A stretch of 64,000 nt of DNA. It comes from Octopus bimaculoides. Lineage: Eukaryota. Within the stretch, counting starts at the first letter, position 1, and each line of letters starts with the position of its first letter. Below the pieces are notes generated by a model. The model worked only from the letters and a program-made list of their open reading frames with translations. It searched no databases and had not been told where the DNA came from. This document shows positions 9,561 to 22,989 of the stretch, one piece after another. A program made the translations under genes and the position numbers. The stretch lies in the NCBI RefSeq assembly GCF_001194135.2, contig NC_068990.1, positions 94,156,370 to 94,220,369 of the forward strand, given 5' to 3'.

Positions 9561-10575
9561 GCTGGTATTGGGGGTGGGGAAGAGGACGACACCATTGTCA
9601 GTGACATAGTTATGGCTATCATTCAAGACATTAAAACCCTAAAATATTTGCTCCAGTAAGTTAAGCTAATGTTCTAATTTTCATAATCATTTAACATATT
9701 TATGAAGGAAATCTAAATTTCAAGTGAAAAAAAAAAAATAAAAGAAAAAAGTAAAGTTATTAACAATATTCTATAAATTTTTATTCAGAACAATTCATTA
9801 GAAATGTTATCGCTAAAATTATACACAAAGGAGAAAGTTATAACGCTGTTGATTTAAACTTTTTTCAGTAATAAAAAACACAGTAAAACAATATTGAAAA
9901 CACTCAGTTAGAAATCCCAGAGAAGTTGTCGGCATTAAAATGAATTATTTTTCCTTTTTTGTTTTTCCTTTTTTGTTTTTCCTTTTTCTGACAACCACTT
10001 TATTTCATGCAGAGATAGTGATAGATCCAATACAAATTTAGCATATTTTAGGGTGGTGACCCACTTTTCATGTCTGATACACAGAAAGAATTATATTACA
10101 TTCAATGCCAGCTATGTTACTGAATGAAACTGTTGTTTCTATTTTGTATTAATGTGTTAAGTTTTTAAATTCCTTAGACTTTGCAACAAAGAAATTGTGA
10201 AGAAAAAAAGGGTGAAAACGCTATAACAAAGTTTCATGTAAGGAAATATTATAAGTCCATTGAAAAACTATACATATGAGAAAAAAATGGAGAAGTTATA
10301 TTTGCTTCCAGAAATTAAATAGAAAGAGATTCCGGGGTACGATCAAATTACCAATTATTACATTAGGGTCAATGTAAAATTATTAAAAATTTTGAAAGAT
10401 CATAAATTGACAAACTAAATTCAGAAAGATTAATTTTAAAATTTATAAAAAAAAAAAAACTACAATTCAAAGGAAAATTGCTAAAAACAGAAATTAATTA
10501 CATAGAAGAGAAAATTTTCATTGCAAATCTAATTAAGATTTAACGAACTAGAAGAGAACTAGGGACTAGAAAAAT

Positions 10576-11192
10576 NNNNNNNNNNNNNNNNNNNNNNNNN
10601 NNNNNNNNNNNNNNNNNNNNNNNNNNNNNNNNNNNNNNNNNNNNNNNNNNNNNNNNNNNNNNNNNNNNNNNNNNNNNNNNNNNNNNNNNNNNNNNNNNNN
10701 NNNNNNNNNNNNNNNNNNNNNNNNNNNNNNNNNNNNNNNNNNNNNNNNNNNNNNNNNNNNNNNNNNNNNNNNNNNNNNNNNNNNNNNNNNNNNNNNNNNN
10801 NNNNNNNNNNNNNNNNNNNNNNNNNNNNNNNNNNNNNNNNNNNNNNNNNNNNNNNNNNNNNNNNNNNNNNNNNNNNNNNNNNNNNNNNNNNNNNNNNNNN
10901 NNNNNNNNNNNNNNNNNNNNNNNNNNNNNNNNNNNNNNNNNNNNNNNNNNNNNNNNNNNNNNNNNNNNNNNNNNNNNNNNNNNNNNNNNNNNNNNNNNNN
11001 NNNNNNNNNNNNNNNNNNNNNNNNNNNNNNNNNNNNNNNNNNNNNNNNNNNNNNNNNNNNNNNNNNNNNNNNNNNNNNNNNNNNNNNNNNNNNNNNNNNN
11101 NNNNNNNNNNNNNNNNNNNNNNNNNNNNNNNNNNNNNNNNNNNNNNNNNNNNNNNNNNNNNNNNNNNNNNNNNNNNNNNNNNNNNNNNNNNN
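10576..11192. other. Assembly gap (N run)
   Basis: N run. Confidence 1.
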
Positions 11193-11479
11193 TTGTATAA
11201 ATACAGGATTATTGTTTCCTGGAGGCAACTTATATATATAATCTAAATTTCTTTATCTCTGTTGTATTGACTTCATTTCTCAAATCACCCAGATAAAGAA
11301 AAACAAATTTAAGTGTTATCATGTACATTGTTTTGTCTTGGTATAAAAAAAATGGGCAAATACAGCAAACATTCTGCTCAATACCACAGATTTGCTTATC
11401 AGTTTTTTTTACTGTAACCAGTTGAGCATGTCCCTTGGTGGCTGACAATATGTGCATCTCTGATCACGAACAGAAGTAG

Positions 11480-11850
11480 TGGGAGAGTATCATAGCCATG
11501 TGTTGAGAGGAATTCTTTGGGGTTTGGATAATTCACCTTTGGAAACATGTGTGTTTTGTTCAAAATACTTAAACAACCTATATTCAAGGACCATTTGAGT
11601 GGGAGGGGTCACTTGACCTGAAGAAAATTCTAATTGGACCCCACCTGCAAGGTCGTGTGCTGTCATAATGGAAGAAGTACTACAAGGCATTTGCCCAGCC
11701 CTCTAATAGTTCAGTCAATTTTCACCACTGAATTGTTGCTTTTCTATTGATCCCTAAAAGAATAAGTTGACCTCAACATGATTTGAACACAGCTTAGAAA
11801 ATCAGAACAAATATCACAAGGTATTCTTTCCAACACTCTAAAGACTGCCA
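11480..11850. mobile_element. Degenerate SINE-like fragments
   Basis: 11700-11850 matches the minus-strand SINE domain (TTGACC...AAAG...GTTGACCTCAACATGATTTGAAC). 11480-11700 looks repeat-derived but is unassigned. Confidence 0.45.
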
Positions 11851-14800
11851 TTTCACCATTTTTCTCACAAGAAATTGATTTATGTACATATTAGAGAATT
11901 ACAGGTAGAAAGAGAAAAGGACCCGTGGTTGCTGGAAAGAAAATTATATGCATGATGCAGCAGGTATACAAATGAGTGAATAAGGAGAAATTGCAAGACA
12001 GGTAAGAAAGTGAGAAGCAATTATGGCCTTTGGATAGGGTTTACAAGGTAATATATTCTCTATGTCAGAGTGCAACCTTAGAACATCTTGACGAGCGTTG
12101 ATGAAAGATGGAACTAGGTGAATAAGACTTGTTTTATTAATCAGTCCAACCCACATCAGAAGAGAAAGCTAATTTGGCAATAGTGATAAGTATGACAACA
12201 TAATTGATAATAAAACTGAATTGAAGGAAGATTAAGTGTTTGAAAATATCCCGATTTATTAAAGAATCCATATTTAGCTTGAGTCCATCCATTTTATCTG
12301 GATGGAAGCAGAATTTTCAAAGTATATATTTAGCTTATGCACCACACCCTTCTCTGGTTCTTGTATAACTAACTACCTGTAAATTCTAGGAGTCTATGTA
12401 TCATGACTGGTGAATGAAAACTATGGCTTCTCTCTTTCACATTTCCATATTAAACATATTTATTATCTGATGTTTCTTGCAAATTGAATTTGTTTTGCAG
12501 ATGAATGATTAGACGGCCAACTCTATTGAAGTAAAATACGAATTAATCTAACCAATCAGTTTGTATGAAATCTTTCATTAAAGGTTCTGACCCAAAAGCT
12601 TATCTGAAATCATTCTTAAGAACATTTCATTTATAGATTAATAGACATAAACTCAGAGTATATTAACATAAATTTGACTCAGCAAAAGGTAACAGTTACC
12701 TTCGGTTGTGGTTTTTCTTAATTTTAGAGAAAATGCTAATATAATTTAATGACAGTGAAGAAATACCACGCAAAATCTATTTTTATTTTGAAATCCATCA
12801 ATCGGTGAAGAATATCACTAATGAAATTATCTTTGCAAAGGTTTCATTTCAGTTGTTAATAATCAGATCATCAGCCTACACAACACAACTTTATTTGAAA
12901 TTCAACAGCTTCCATGATACCAATATATAAAGCAAGCACTTTTATAGTTAAATTGAAAGAAAATTGAAAAACAAAATATGGAAAAAAAAAAAAAAAAGCG
13001 CAATCAAATTAGCAGCACCCTGATAAAGAACCAAACGAGATAATTTATGATGTCTAGATCTAAGTTGAACTATAAGCCCCATTAATCATATTTTCAAATG
13101 TTGCAGCACATTTCACTCTTCTTTTAGATAAAGCATGAGACTCTGCATAACGCAATCCACCAATTGGAAATATTACCGATTCTGACCGCAGCCACTTGGC
13201 TGAAACACATAAATAAAAATAAATAAATAAATATGCACTATTTATTTCAAGAATTGAAAAACAACCTAAACCACTATTCTGTTTCATGACATTTTACATT
13301 AATATAATTTCTCTTCATGAAACAGATTCGTGGCTAAATATATAAACTATTCTGTTTCAAGACTTTCTTCCATTGTCTCTTTTTTTCTTTCCTTATTACT
13401 ACAGTAAGCTCTTCAGCACTTACCTTCACCTCATTGAAAAGAAGTAATTGACCTTTCTATCTTCTAACTCAGCTTTCAAAGCCAAAACTATTCATCACAG
13501 CACTGAAAATTTCTCCAACAAACTCCCTATCATCTTTTTAAGCCCTTACTTCTTGTACAGCATTTACTAGAATGAAGACAGATGGTCAGGACTAGAAACA
13601 TTGATCAAAAGCTTTTTGTATTATGTTTACTCTAGCACAGCTAATGCAACCTATTCAACTCTTTTATTTATGTGTGTCCACCAAATAACGATTTCTAACC
13701 TTTCTTTCAACCCATATGAAATTTTTTTCTCCTTTTGGCAAGGAACAAATGGTTACCCAGCTTCAACATTAAATAAAAGAGATTAAAAAGAAAAAAACTG
13801 AAGCCAAAGAGTGAAGAACAAACAAAATTTAATACCCATATCACTAAATTGCATATTTAGTATACATTGGTAGCAACTCAGTTCAGTGGGAAAAGAAAAA
13901 AAGTCATCCAAAAAATCCAGAGTGAATCTTAAAAATGATAAAGCTCAATAAACATTTAAAATCTTCATTATTACACCTTTAGTAAGCTTCACTATTGCAG
14001 TTATTAGGAACTCAGCTTGGAATGTTCCAAATGCATTTAGATGCCAACCACAAACAGATCCTCAAGAAAGCACTTTATTGCATCCTGTTACAGAGATCTA
14101 ACAGAATGCAATAGAGTCGTCCTCTGAGGATCCATGCAAAGGCACTTAGAATATCCAGTACTGAATTCCAAACAATTGAAATGGTGAAACGTACACAAGA
14201 ACTAAGTATTTATGCTTCTGTTTATCTTAATTTTCCACTACATATGCTTAGTTAACACTGCTAAGAACAAACTACAGCATTTAAAGCTGACTGGATAATG
14301 ATAATCTATGTGCAGCTCAAACTCATGCAGAAGTTGTCATACATCTAACAGGACACACAAAATATAATTATACCTTTCCAAAGAAATTCAAAGATAAAAA
14401 AATTACACTTAATGTGACCCAGTATAATGTAAATATAATCGTAGACTGAATTCTGTATAAAACTTAAAACTTTAGCTTGTATAATAACAACCATTTTTTG
14501 TGCCAGATCTGCAACAAATTTGAGCTTCCTTTGAAAATCTGATATGTTGAACTACACTCTTGTAGCTTTTAATATAGTAATTCTTGTTTTTTGATATGTC
14601 TTGGAGGAAATAGAAAGACAGTTTTAAATAATCGTGGGAACTAATTAACTTGCAGTTGATTAGGAACAATTAAAAATAACATATGTAAGCCTGCTTTGAT
14701 GTATGTATGTGTGTGTGTGTTTTTGAAATTTCTTCGTTGGATTTGTTTTATGAATGAAAACTTCAGCCAATAGTTGACAGGAAATGTAGTGGAAATTATC

Positions 14801-16799
14801 AAATAACTCATTCCCATGAGTTCAGCTTCTCACAGTGATGTTTTGAATCAAATGTAAAAGTATATTGTAATTTAGTTGGTTCACACGCTATTTATTACCA
14901 ATATATACCAGTTAATTTATGGCAAATACTGATGTAATCTTAAAATATGTTTTATTTTATTTTACGCTATAAATATCACATTTTTCTTTTGCTTTCTTGT
15001 TACTTTTATTCATTTATATATTTATTTATTACTTCTACATGATGATAAACACATGAGAAGACAAGCCTACTATATCAAAAAGAACTTAGAGCTATACACT
15101 TGCACATAAACAATTAGTGTGTTAATATACACACATGTATAAGTGCATGCATGCAAGAAGAGAGATAGTAAAAAGAGAGAGAGAAGAGAAAACCATTTGT
15201 GTGCATAATGTTTGTGTATGAGGATTGGGTGACGGTATTGAGACAAAGAGAGAGAGGAAATAAGATAGGAAAAAGATGAGAAAAGGAAAAATATAATGAA
15301 AGAAATATAAAAAACAAAATTGATATGGTTTAGCACCTAAGCAGTATGATCTACTATATTTTATTCTCAGTTGGTAACTGGAATAGACAACATATTTCCA
15401 CAAATTTCTCAGTGTTGATCAAGTTAAATATAATCCTGGCAATCTTTTCTTTTATGAATTCCATCAAGAATACAAGAATAGACTCTTTGGCCTCTAAGTA
15501 GATTCCAATCTCCTGTAAATACTTATAAGCTCTAATTGTTTTAAGAACCTTTTTCAAGTGTTTATATAGATATTTAGACCTTATTAAAAGACACCAAAAT
15601 ACAACTGAAATCAATAGAATTTAAACATTTCATCTAATCCTAACTCATCTAAATTAAAAGCAGTATCATTCTGACAAATTAATATAGTCATCTCCATTAT
15701 TTTATATAATTCTATGATATTATAGTGGCTTTGATGTTTCAATAGATATAACAATACAGATTAAACCTTTCATTACCATATTTCTGTTGAAATACATCAC
15801 CTCCATTTCAATTAATTTTAAAGATAATGAAAAACTTAATTTAATAACTTTGTCATTATTAAGCTGATGTTTAGAACGTTAATTAACATTGAATTTTGAT
15901 AGAATGTTTTAAATTAGATCAGTTTAAAATAAGAAGCTTGTGTCACCAGACCAAAAGTGGCCTCAGGCTGGTCAGTATCAAAAAGGTTAAAACCTAGAAT
16001 TTGTATTGTAGAATCAAGGGTGGTTTCAGGTGGATTGGTAGCCCAAGGTTTATATAAGGTTCAGCAACATCTGATGATCATGACTGGAACATTAATGAAC
16101 ATTTGAAACATGTCCTATGACCATCCCATCTTTTTCCAGTCATATTGTTCATTAGATGTCCATTTGTCGGTTCCATTTTTAATATGGTTTCAAGATTTGG
16201 CTACCATCTTAAGCAAGTCAAATGACTGCAGAGAAGAAACACTTTCACTGGCTCATTCGTTGTAATATCTCTTTAGCAATCTTTAAGGAATTCATTTTCA
16301 TTTTGTAAATAAATATATTATTTAATGGTTTTGTCGCAATACTGTACAAGTATTGAGATTTAGGATACCATCTGACAAAGGACCAGCAAGAAGAGCAAAG
16401 AAAATCCATCACATGAATATATTTCTTTCTTATCTCACTGATTAAAATGAACTTGTAAACTTGTTCACTTGAGATTGGAATTGAGTTAGAGGCCAAAGAA
16501 AAGAGCATTAATATGTTCTGTGGTAGCAGCTACAAGCTTATTTTACAAGTTTAAAATTTGCAAAGTAACTGAAATATATAAACATTACTATATGTCACTT
16601 CCCAACTCTCCACTTCTACTTCCCTCAATACCCTGCTCATTCACTCCCTCCCACCTCTTGCTCTGACTCTCCTATCTCTTCTTGCCCTTCCTTGCTTCAA
16701 CATCACCCCACCACCACCAAATTGCCTTCTTCCTCTCTCCACTTCTATTGGTTATCCTCTTCATCCATTCAACCTTTAAATTTCCCTGCATTTGAAATG

Positions 16800-17160
16800 T
16801 TAGATACCAATCTCTCCACCCTGAAGACAGAGATCAGATTTACCTAATGTCTATATACTTCCACTACTGGTTGCATGTCCTTAATTTTTTGCGAACTATA
16901 TCTGCCAACATTACGACATAATTCCGACCCTCCAGAAACAGCTGTTGAACCTGTAATATCTTACCTCCTCCCCTTAATTTCTTGTGTCTTTGTATTCTGT
17001 GTTAGTCTGCTCTGTTAAAATATAAATATCTATATATTTATACATGAATGTTCATTGTCTGACTATTGTCAGTCTTTGTTTTCTCTCTATTTACATGTAT
17101 ATATTTATGTATATTTTATATATCTAGCCCAAGCAGTTTTATTTGTTTATTTGTATCTTT
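16800..17160 (+). mobile_element. Dispersed repeat shared with 43045-43420, possibly a Penelope-like element terminus
   Basis: Colinear similarity between the two loci (CTGGTTGCAT..CTT, CATAAT.C.GA.CCTC..GAAACAGCTGTTG, GAATGTTCAT, TATATTTTATATATC.AGCCCAA). The Penelope assignment is inferred from the CTGAAGA...GAAACAGCTGT motif. Confidence 0.55.
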
Positions 17161-17167
17161 CTATCTT

Positions 17168-17222
<55 letters not shown>

Positions 17223-17724
17223 AGAAAATCTCAATAAGAGAGCTGATCTCTTCACCACTTGAAGCCATTTTGGATTTTGGATGGCACTGAAGGAAGCAAA
17301 CCAAACTAGAATATCATAAGAACAGAACCCTGATTATTAATACACTGAATAAACATGGTCTTATGATAAGAACGTTTCAAGAAAATGCTCAGTTTCAACT
17401 ATAATGTGAAGCTCAACATATAATAGAATGAGTCTTAACAAGCTGAGCCTCAATGTGAAGCTCAACACACCATAGAATGCAGATTGTAGTTCAACAACTG
17501 CAGATGGAATCAATGAAATGATCATCAAGATCATCCAATAAAAATAAAATCTCTTCCCAAAATTTGTCAAAGTAGATTCTAATCTGTGATGTACCTGCAT
17601 CAATGATTTTAGAACTTGGAGATGTTGAAAGTGTTTCACACCACTAAAATACCGCAGTTTTGCAGTTACTATCGATGAAAGATAAATATTAGTGTGTAAC
17701 AACTGCCAAAATTTCAACCTGATT

Positions 17725-18045
17725 AATCATCATCTTATCCTCATTACAACTTCCACTTTTCATGCTTGAATGGGTCAGACAGAGTTTATTGTGACAGATT
17801 TTCTACAACTGGATGCCTTTCCTATCACCAATCCTCACCTCTTTCCAAGCAAGATAATATTTGCCCCATGGTCAGACATGCTTTTGCAGAATATTGGTAA
17901 TGAACGACACTGCTTGTATGACAGTGACACTCATCTACAACTATTGCACTATGTCAAAACAAACATAAATATGCACTTACACACACAGAACGCACAAACA
18001 TAAACATGCACTTACACACACAGACGTTAAATGATGATGAGGATG
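17725..18045 (-). mobile_element. RTE-tail-related SINE variant (family also at 62172-62440 and 63370-63600)
   Basis: TTTTCTACAACTGGATGCCTTTCCTATCACCAATCCTCACC...CTTGTATGACAGTGACACTC is shared, diverged, with the two later loci. Confidence 0.7.
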
Positions 18046-19444
18046 ATCTTTCAATGCATTGAAGTTAAAATTTCTAGGCACTTTTCCATGCAGTTCACTA
18101 AAACTCATTAATCTTCAAAGCCATTTATATTTTTGTATTTTTTTTTTTTAATCTATGAAGAAACTTCATTTGTTTTTTAATAAATTTACACATGATTCTA
18201 TTTACAACTAAAAGAACGATTTAACAAAAGTTAAGTGTCCTAGCCATAGACACAGAGCAGTCACCAAAAGGAGGAGAATATTACAAATTAACGCTGTCTG
18301 GTAATTCCTTACCCAATCAACTCAACCAGCTAGGACTCTCAAAAGCATTAGCATTATTAATAGTTTCAGACAGAATATAATGGACAGCTATATTAAGAAT
18401 AGAGAAGATGCCTGACATTGCTACGTGTGGTAGCATTTGCTCAAAACCCAATATATTTATATCAGGTTATAAATATAGGAATGAAATGTTTTTCACTTAG
18501 ATCCAACATCCATAATATAATGCAGCTGCATAAAGATGGTTTGTGCTAACTTAACAGACTCTATTGAATCTAACCCGAATCTGGACAGTTTCTATGAAAA
18601 TAAATTGTAAAATGTGAAAAAAAAAACAGTAGTGAAAACATGAAACAGGAGAGAAGGGGTGATTGATAGAAGGGTAGGTTGTGATAAATCATAAAATCAG
18701 GAAAAACTTGTACATAATACGATTACATAAGAAATTATATAAATGACTAATTGTTGAAAATAAATATTACTGTGTTACTTAAACCTATAAAACTTATATT
18801 GAAGTAAAGTTTTTTCAGTTTAAGTTAGCATATTAGTGACAACAGCCATTGCGTTAATGTCACTAAGCTAAGGTTTGATATTGTTTCCAGTGTTTTTTTT
18901 TGTTGCTCCAAAAAGACACCTGAACAATCTCAGAGTTAAATGATTGATGGAAGGAAATGAAACGGTAACTGTTCCACCAAGTCACATGTATATATATTCT
19001 GTGTTCTGCTTGAAGCTACCTTAATCACCAGGGCATGGGAAATTACATGTTAAATGTTTATTTATATACAGATATTTTAGTGCACTTATATAAAACGAAT
19101 ATTGTTTTTGATATATTCACAATCAACAAAACAATGATGTTTGCCTAATATATTTAATATTAAGATTTCTTAAAATCCATGTTGTTTATGTACATTGGTA
19201 CATTTTGTTGCATCTTTTTATCTTCCGAGTTAGAATCCTAACAGAGTTAACTTTGCTTTTCATCCTTGTTGGGCAGGTATTAATAAGTATAAATCAAGGA
19301 ATGAAATTGAAAAGAAAAATGAGAAAGGTTCTCAGTGTAAAAAATTTCACTCCCACCAAAGCTGAGAAATGAATTCATTGAAAACCATAGAGGAAGGATT
19401 GGGTCACAGTTACTGATGATACAAAATTTCAGAATGATTTAAAT

Positions 19445-19625
19445 GTGGTGGGAAAGTTTTTTTACCAGGCATATCTGTGTGGTTCACTTCCCAAGTTGGG
19501 CTGTCGACTGCTTTCTATGCAGCCATTGTTCCTAGTTTTAGTCTCACTGGGTTTTATTGTGTCTTCTACTATGACTCTCAATAGGGCCATAGTGAGTGGA
19601 TTTCGGAGATGGAAACTGACAGAAG
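19445..19625 (+). mobile_element. Degenerate tRNA-head CORE-like SINE
   Basis: Ends in GCCATAGTGAGTGGATTTCGGAGATGGAAACTGACAGAAGCCC plus (AC)n; matches the reverse complement of 32830-32990. Confidence 0.6.
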
Positions 19626-19631
19626 CCCATG

Positions 19632-19666
<35 letters not shown>

Positions 19667-19897
19667 GCACATACATATATAACAGTGGGATTCTTTCAGT
19701 TTCCATCAAACAAATTCACTCACAAGGCTTTTGATATGAGAAAAGCCTACAACTTTCAACGCCAATAAATAATTATTGATCCTAAACATTGCTTTTTTTT
19801 TTTTACCACAGATTGCTTGAAGCTTACAAACTTCCTACACTTATATCCTTGAATCTTACTATTACATATTGATAATATATATATATATATATATATA

Positions 19898-20371
19898 NNN
19901 NNNNNNNNNNNNNNNNNNNNNNNNNNNNNNNNNNNNNNNNNNNNNNNNNNNNNNNNNNNNNNNNNNNNNNNNNNNNNNNNNNNNNNNNNNNNNNNNNNNN
20001 NNNNNNNNNNNNNNNNNNNNNNNNNNNNNNNNNNNNNNNNNNNNNNNNNNNNNNNNNNNNNNNNNNNNNNNNNNNNNNNNNNNNNNNNNNNNNNNNNNNN
20101 NNNNNNNNNNNNNNNNNNNNNNNNNNNNNNNNNNNNNNNNNNNNNNNNNNNNNNNNNNNNNNNNNNNNNNNNNNNNNNNNNNNNNNNNNNNNNNNNNNNN
20201 NNNNNNNNNNNNNNNNNNNNNNNNNNNNNNNNNNNNNNNNNNNNNNNNNNNNNNNNNNNNNNNNNNNNNNNNNNNNNNNNNNNNNNNNNNNNNNNNNNNN
20301 NNNNNNNNNNNNNNNNNNNNNNNNNNNNNNNNNNNNNNNNNNNNNNNNNNNNNNNNNNNNNNNNNNNNNNN
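19898..20371. other. Assembly gap flanked by (AT)n and (GGT)n
   Basis: N run. Confidence 1.
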
Positions 20372-20904
20372 TGGTGGTGGTGGTGGTGGTGGTGGTGGTG
20401 GTGGTGGTGGTGAGGAATCATGTAACGAAAAGCAAATTAAAGTAAATCTCTACAAATAGTCACTAAGTTGATATTATAATGAATATGAAAATGACTGGTG
20501 TTTACGGCAAAGGTAGAGGAACAACCATTAGAATTAGTGGCAAGTGTCTAACAGAAGTTGAACTGCTGCAAGTAGAACTGTATATGCCAGCCCCTGGTTG
20601 CCATGGTGCAATGACCAAGAATATCAGCAACCACAAGACCACTTCACTGCATTTAATCAAAGACGTTTTCCTCTCAACAAGCAAGTTGCTGTTATTTAGA
20701 AAAGCCATCCCTCGAGCAACAAGTGTGTGTGTGTGAGAGAGAGAGCGTGTATGTGTGTGTGAGTGTGAGCATATATGTGTGTGTGTGAGAGCATGTATGT
20801 GTGTACATGTGGGACTACAATACAAATGTTTCAGAGAAATAGAAATATACTGGATTTACTTGCCATTAGTTAAGCTGCCATTAAATAAAAGATTTAACCT
20901 ACAT

Positions 20905-20926
20905 ATATATATGTGTGTATGTACCC

Positions 20927-21004
<78 letters not shown>

Positions 21005-21081
21005 GGAGAGAGAGGGAGAGAGAGAGAAGATATTTCTATTGGTGTGGAATAAAATAACTTTGTTTTCTATGTGTGTGTATG

Positions 21082-21132
<51 letters not shown>

Positions 21133-21168
21133 ATGTATGTATGTATGTATGTATGTATGTATGTATGT
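20905..21168. repeat. Compound microsatellites (AT)n, (AG)n, (ATGT)n
   Basis: Direct reading. Confidence 0.95.
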
Positions 21169-22108
21169 NNNNNNNNNNNNNNNNNNNNNNNNNNNNNNNN
21201 NNNNNNNNNNNNNNNNNNNNNNNNNNNNNNNNNNNNNNNNNNNNNNNNNNNNNNNNNNNNNNNNNNNNNNNNNNNNNNNNNNNNNNNNNNNNNNNNNNNN
21301 NNNNNNNNNNNNNNNNNNNNNNNNNNNNNNNNNNNNNNNNNNNNNNNNNNNNNNNNNNNNNNNNNNNNNNNNNNNNNNNNNNNNNNNNNNNNNNNNNNNN
21401 NNNNNNNNNNNNNNNNNNNNNNNNNNNNNNNNNNNNNNNNNNNNNNNNNNNNNNNNNNNNNNNNNNNNNNNNNNNNNNNNNNNNNNNNNNNNNNNNNNNN
21501 NNNNNNNNNNNNNNNNNNNNNNNNNNNNNNNNNNNNNNNNNNNNNNNNNNNNNNNNNNNNNNNNNNNNNNNNNNNNNNNNNNNNNNNNNNNNNNNNNNNN
21601 NNNNNNNNNNNNNNNNNNNNNNNNNNNNNNNNNNNNNNNNNNNNNNNNNNNNNNNNNNNNNNNNNNNNNNNNNNNNNNNNNNNNNNNNNNNNNNNNNNNN
21701 NNNNNNNNNNNNNNNNNNNNNNNNNNNNNNNNNNNNNNNNNNNNNNNNNNNNNNNNNNNNNNNNNNNNNNNNNNNNNNNNNNNNNNNNNNNNNNNNNNNN
21801 NNNNNNNNNNNNNNNNNNNNNNNNNNNNNNNNNNNNNNNNNNNNNNNNNNNNNNNNNNNNNNNNNNNNNNNNNNNNNNNNNNNNNNNNNNNNNNNNNNNN
21901 NNNNNNNNNNNNNNNNNNNNNNNNNNNNNNNNNNNNNNNNNNNNNNNNNNNNNNNNNNNNNNNNNNNNNNNNNNNNNNNNNNNNNNNNNNNNNNNNNNNN
22001 NNNNNNNNNNNNNNNNNNNNNNNNNNNNNNNNNNNNNNNNNNNNNNNNNNNNNNNNNNNNNNNNNNNNNNNNNNNNNNNNNNNNNNNNNNNNNNNNNNNN
22101 NNNNNNNN
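21169..22108. other. Assembly gap (N run)
   Basis: N run; source of the 350-430 aa X-filled ORFs. Confidence 1.
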
Positions 22109-22145
<37 letters not shown>

Positions 22146-22309
22146 GCTATGATTATAAACAGGGCAAATTTTAGCCATTTCTCCACAGACTGAAAAAATG
22201 CGGAGGAGACTGGTGGCTGCCTTACATTTTATAACGATGGTTAAAAGTAACTGGACAGAAAGACAAAGATGATGGTGATGAGCTATTAGGACATACTCTC
22301 AAGGTATGG

Positions 22310-22615
22310 GTAGGTGGGAAGGTGTTCGTTAAGATATACAGAAATGGAAAGGAAAGTTGGGAAGAAGATATAATAAGTAAACATTTAGAAAAAATGACGT
22401 AAATGGTAAAAGGTCAAACGTGGGAACACAAAAGACATTTAAACCAAAAAGTTTACGGAAGAAAGAATAAGACATGAAGAACCAATGGAATTTCTTTATG
22501 AGATTTTTGACATCCCAGTACCTCAAGGAATGGTTGAACCAATGAGTACATCAACTAGGAAAAGAAAACAAACAGAACTTTTGCAAGCAAAGCTAAAACG
22601 AAAAAATATTTCAAT
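22310..22615 (+). mobile_element. Gypsy LTR-retrotransposon integrase C-terminal remnant
   Basis: Frame from 22310: VGGKVFVKIYRNGKESWEEDIISKHLEKMT*MVKGQTWEHKRHLNQ. This fits the Gypsy pol tail pattern V...Y..G...W..G.I....G...Y.V......KRH.NQ. Confidence 0.7.
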
Positions 22616-22989
22616 TTCTTCCCAGGGAACTAAGTAAAAAAAATAGTTAAGGGTAGAGGTGGTAATGAATATATAATAAATAAAAGAAAAATATTGACTT
22701 CCAAGGAAAGTCAAACTCAGAAAAGGGAGATGGTGATTTCTCATTATATACTAAAAGGCAGCTGTATCAAAGATCTTTGCTATTCCAGCAAATACTTTTA
22801 CAAAGCTTCTGAATACTATGGCCAGATGGAAGAAGGTTGTGTTAATATATATCAGCCAATTGTTTGGTTTGAGAAAGTTTTATGCAACTTTGTGCTGTGG
22901 TTCAGCATCACATCTAAACAATTTTTTGTTGTTGCTGTCAGATTTCTCTCAGCATATTGTAATCCTAAGCCTAAAGGATGAGCTGAGGA

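Noticed and set aside
9880-10575. Strongly A-rich strand-skewed tract before a gap as an L1 ORF1 or 5' region
   Set aside because: No open frame or motif; compositional skew alone is insufficient.
20894-22193. Five 355-430 aa ORFs
   Set aside because: Almost entirely X from the N gap 21169-22108 plus (AT)/(ATGT) microsatellite translations.
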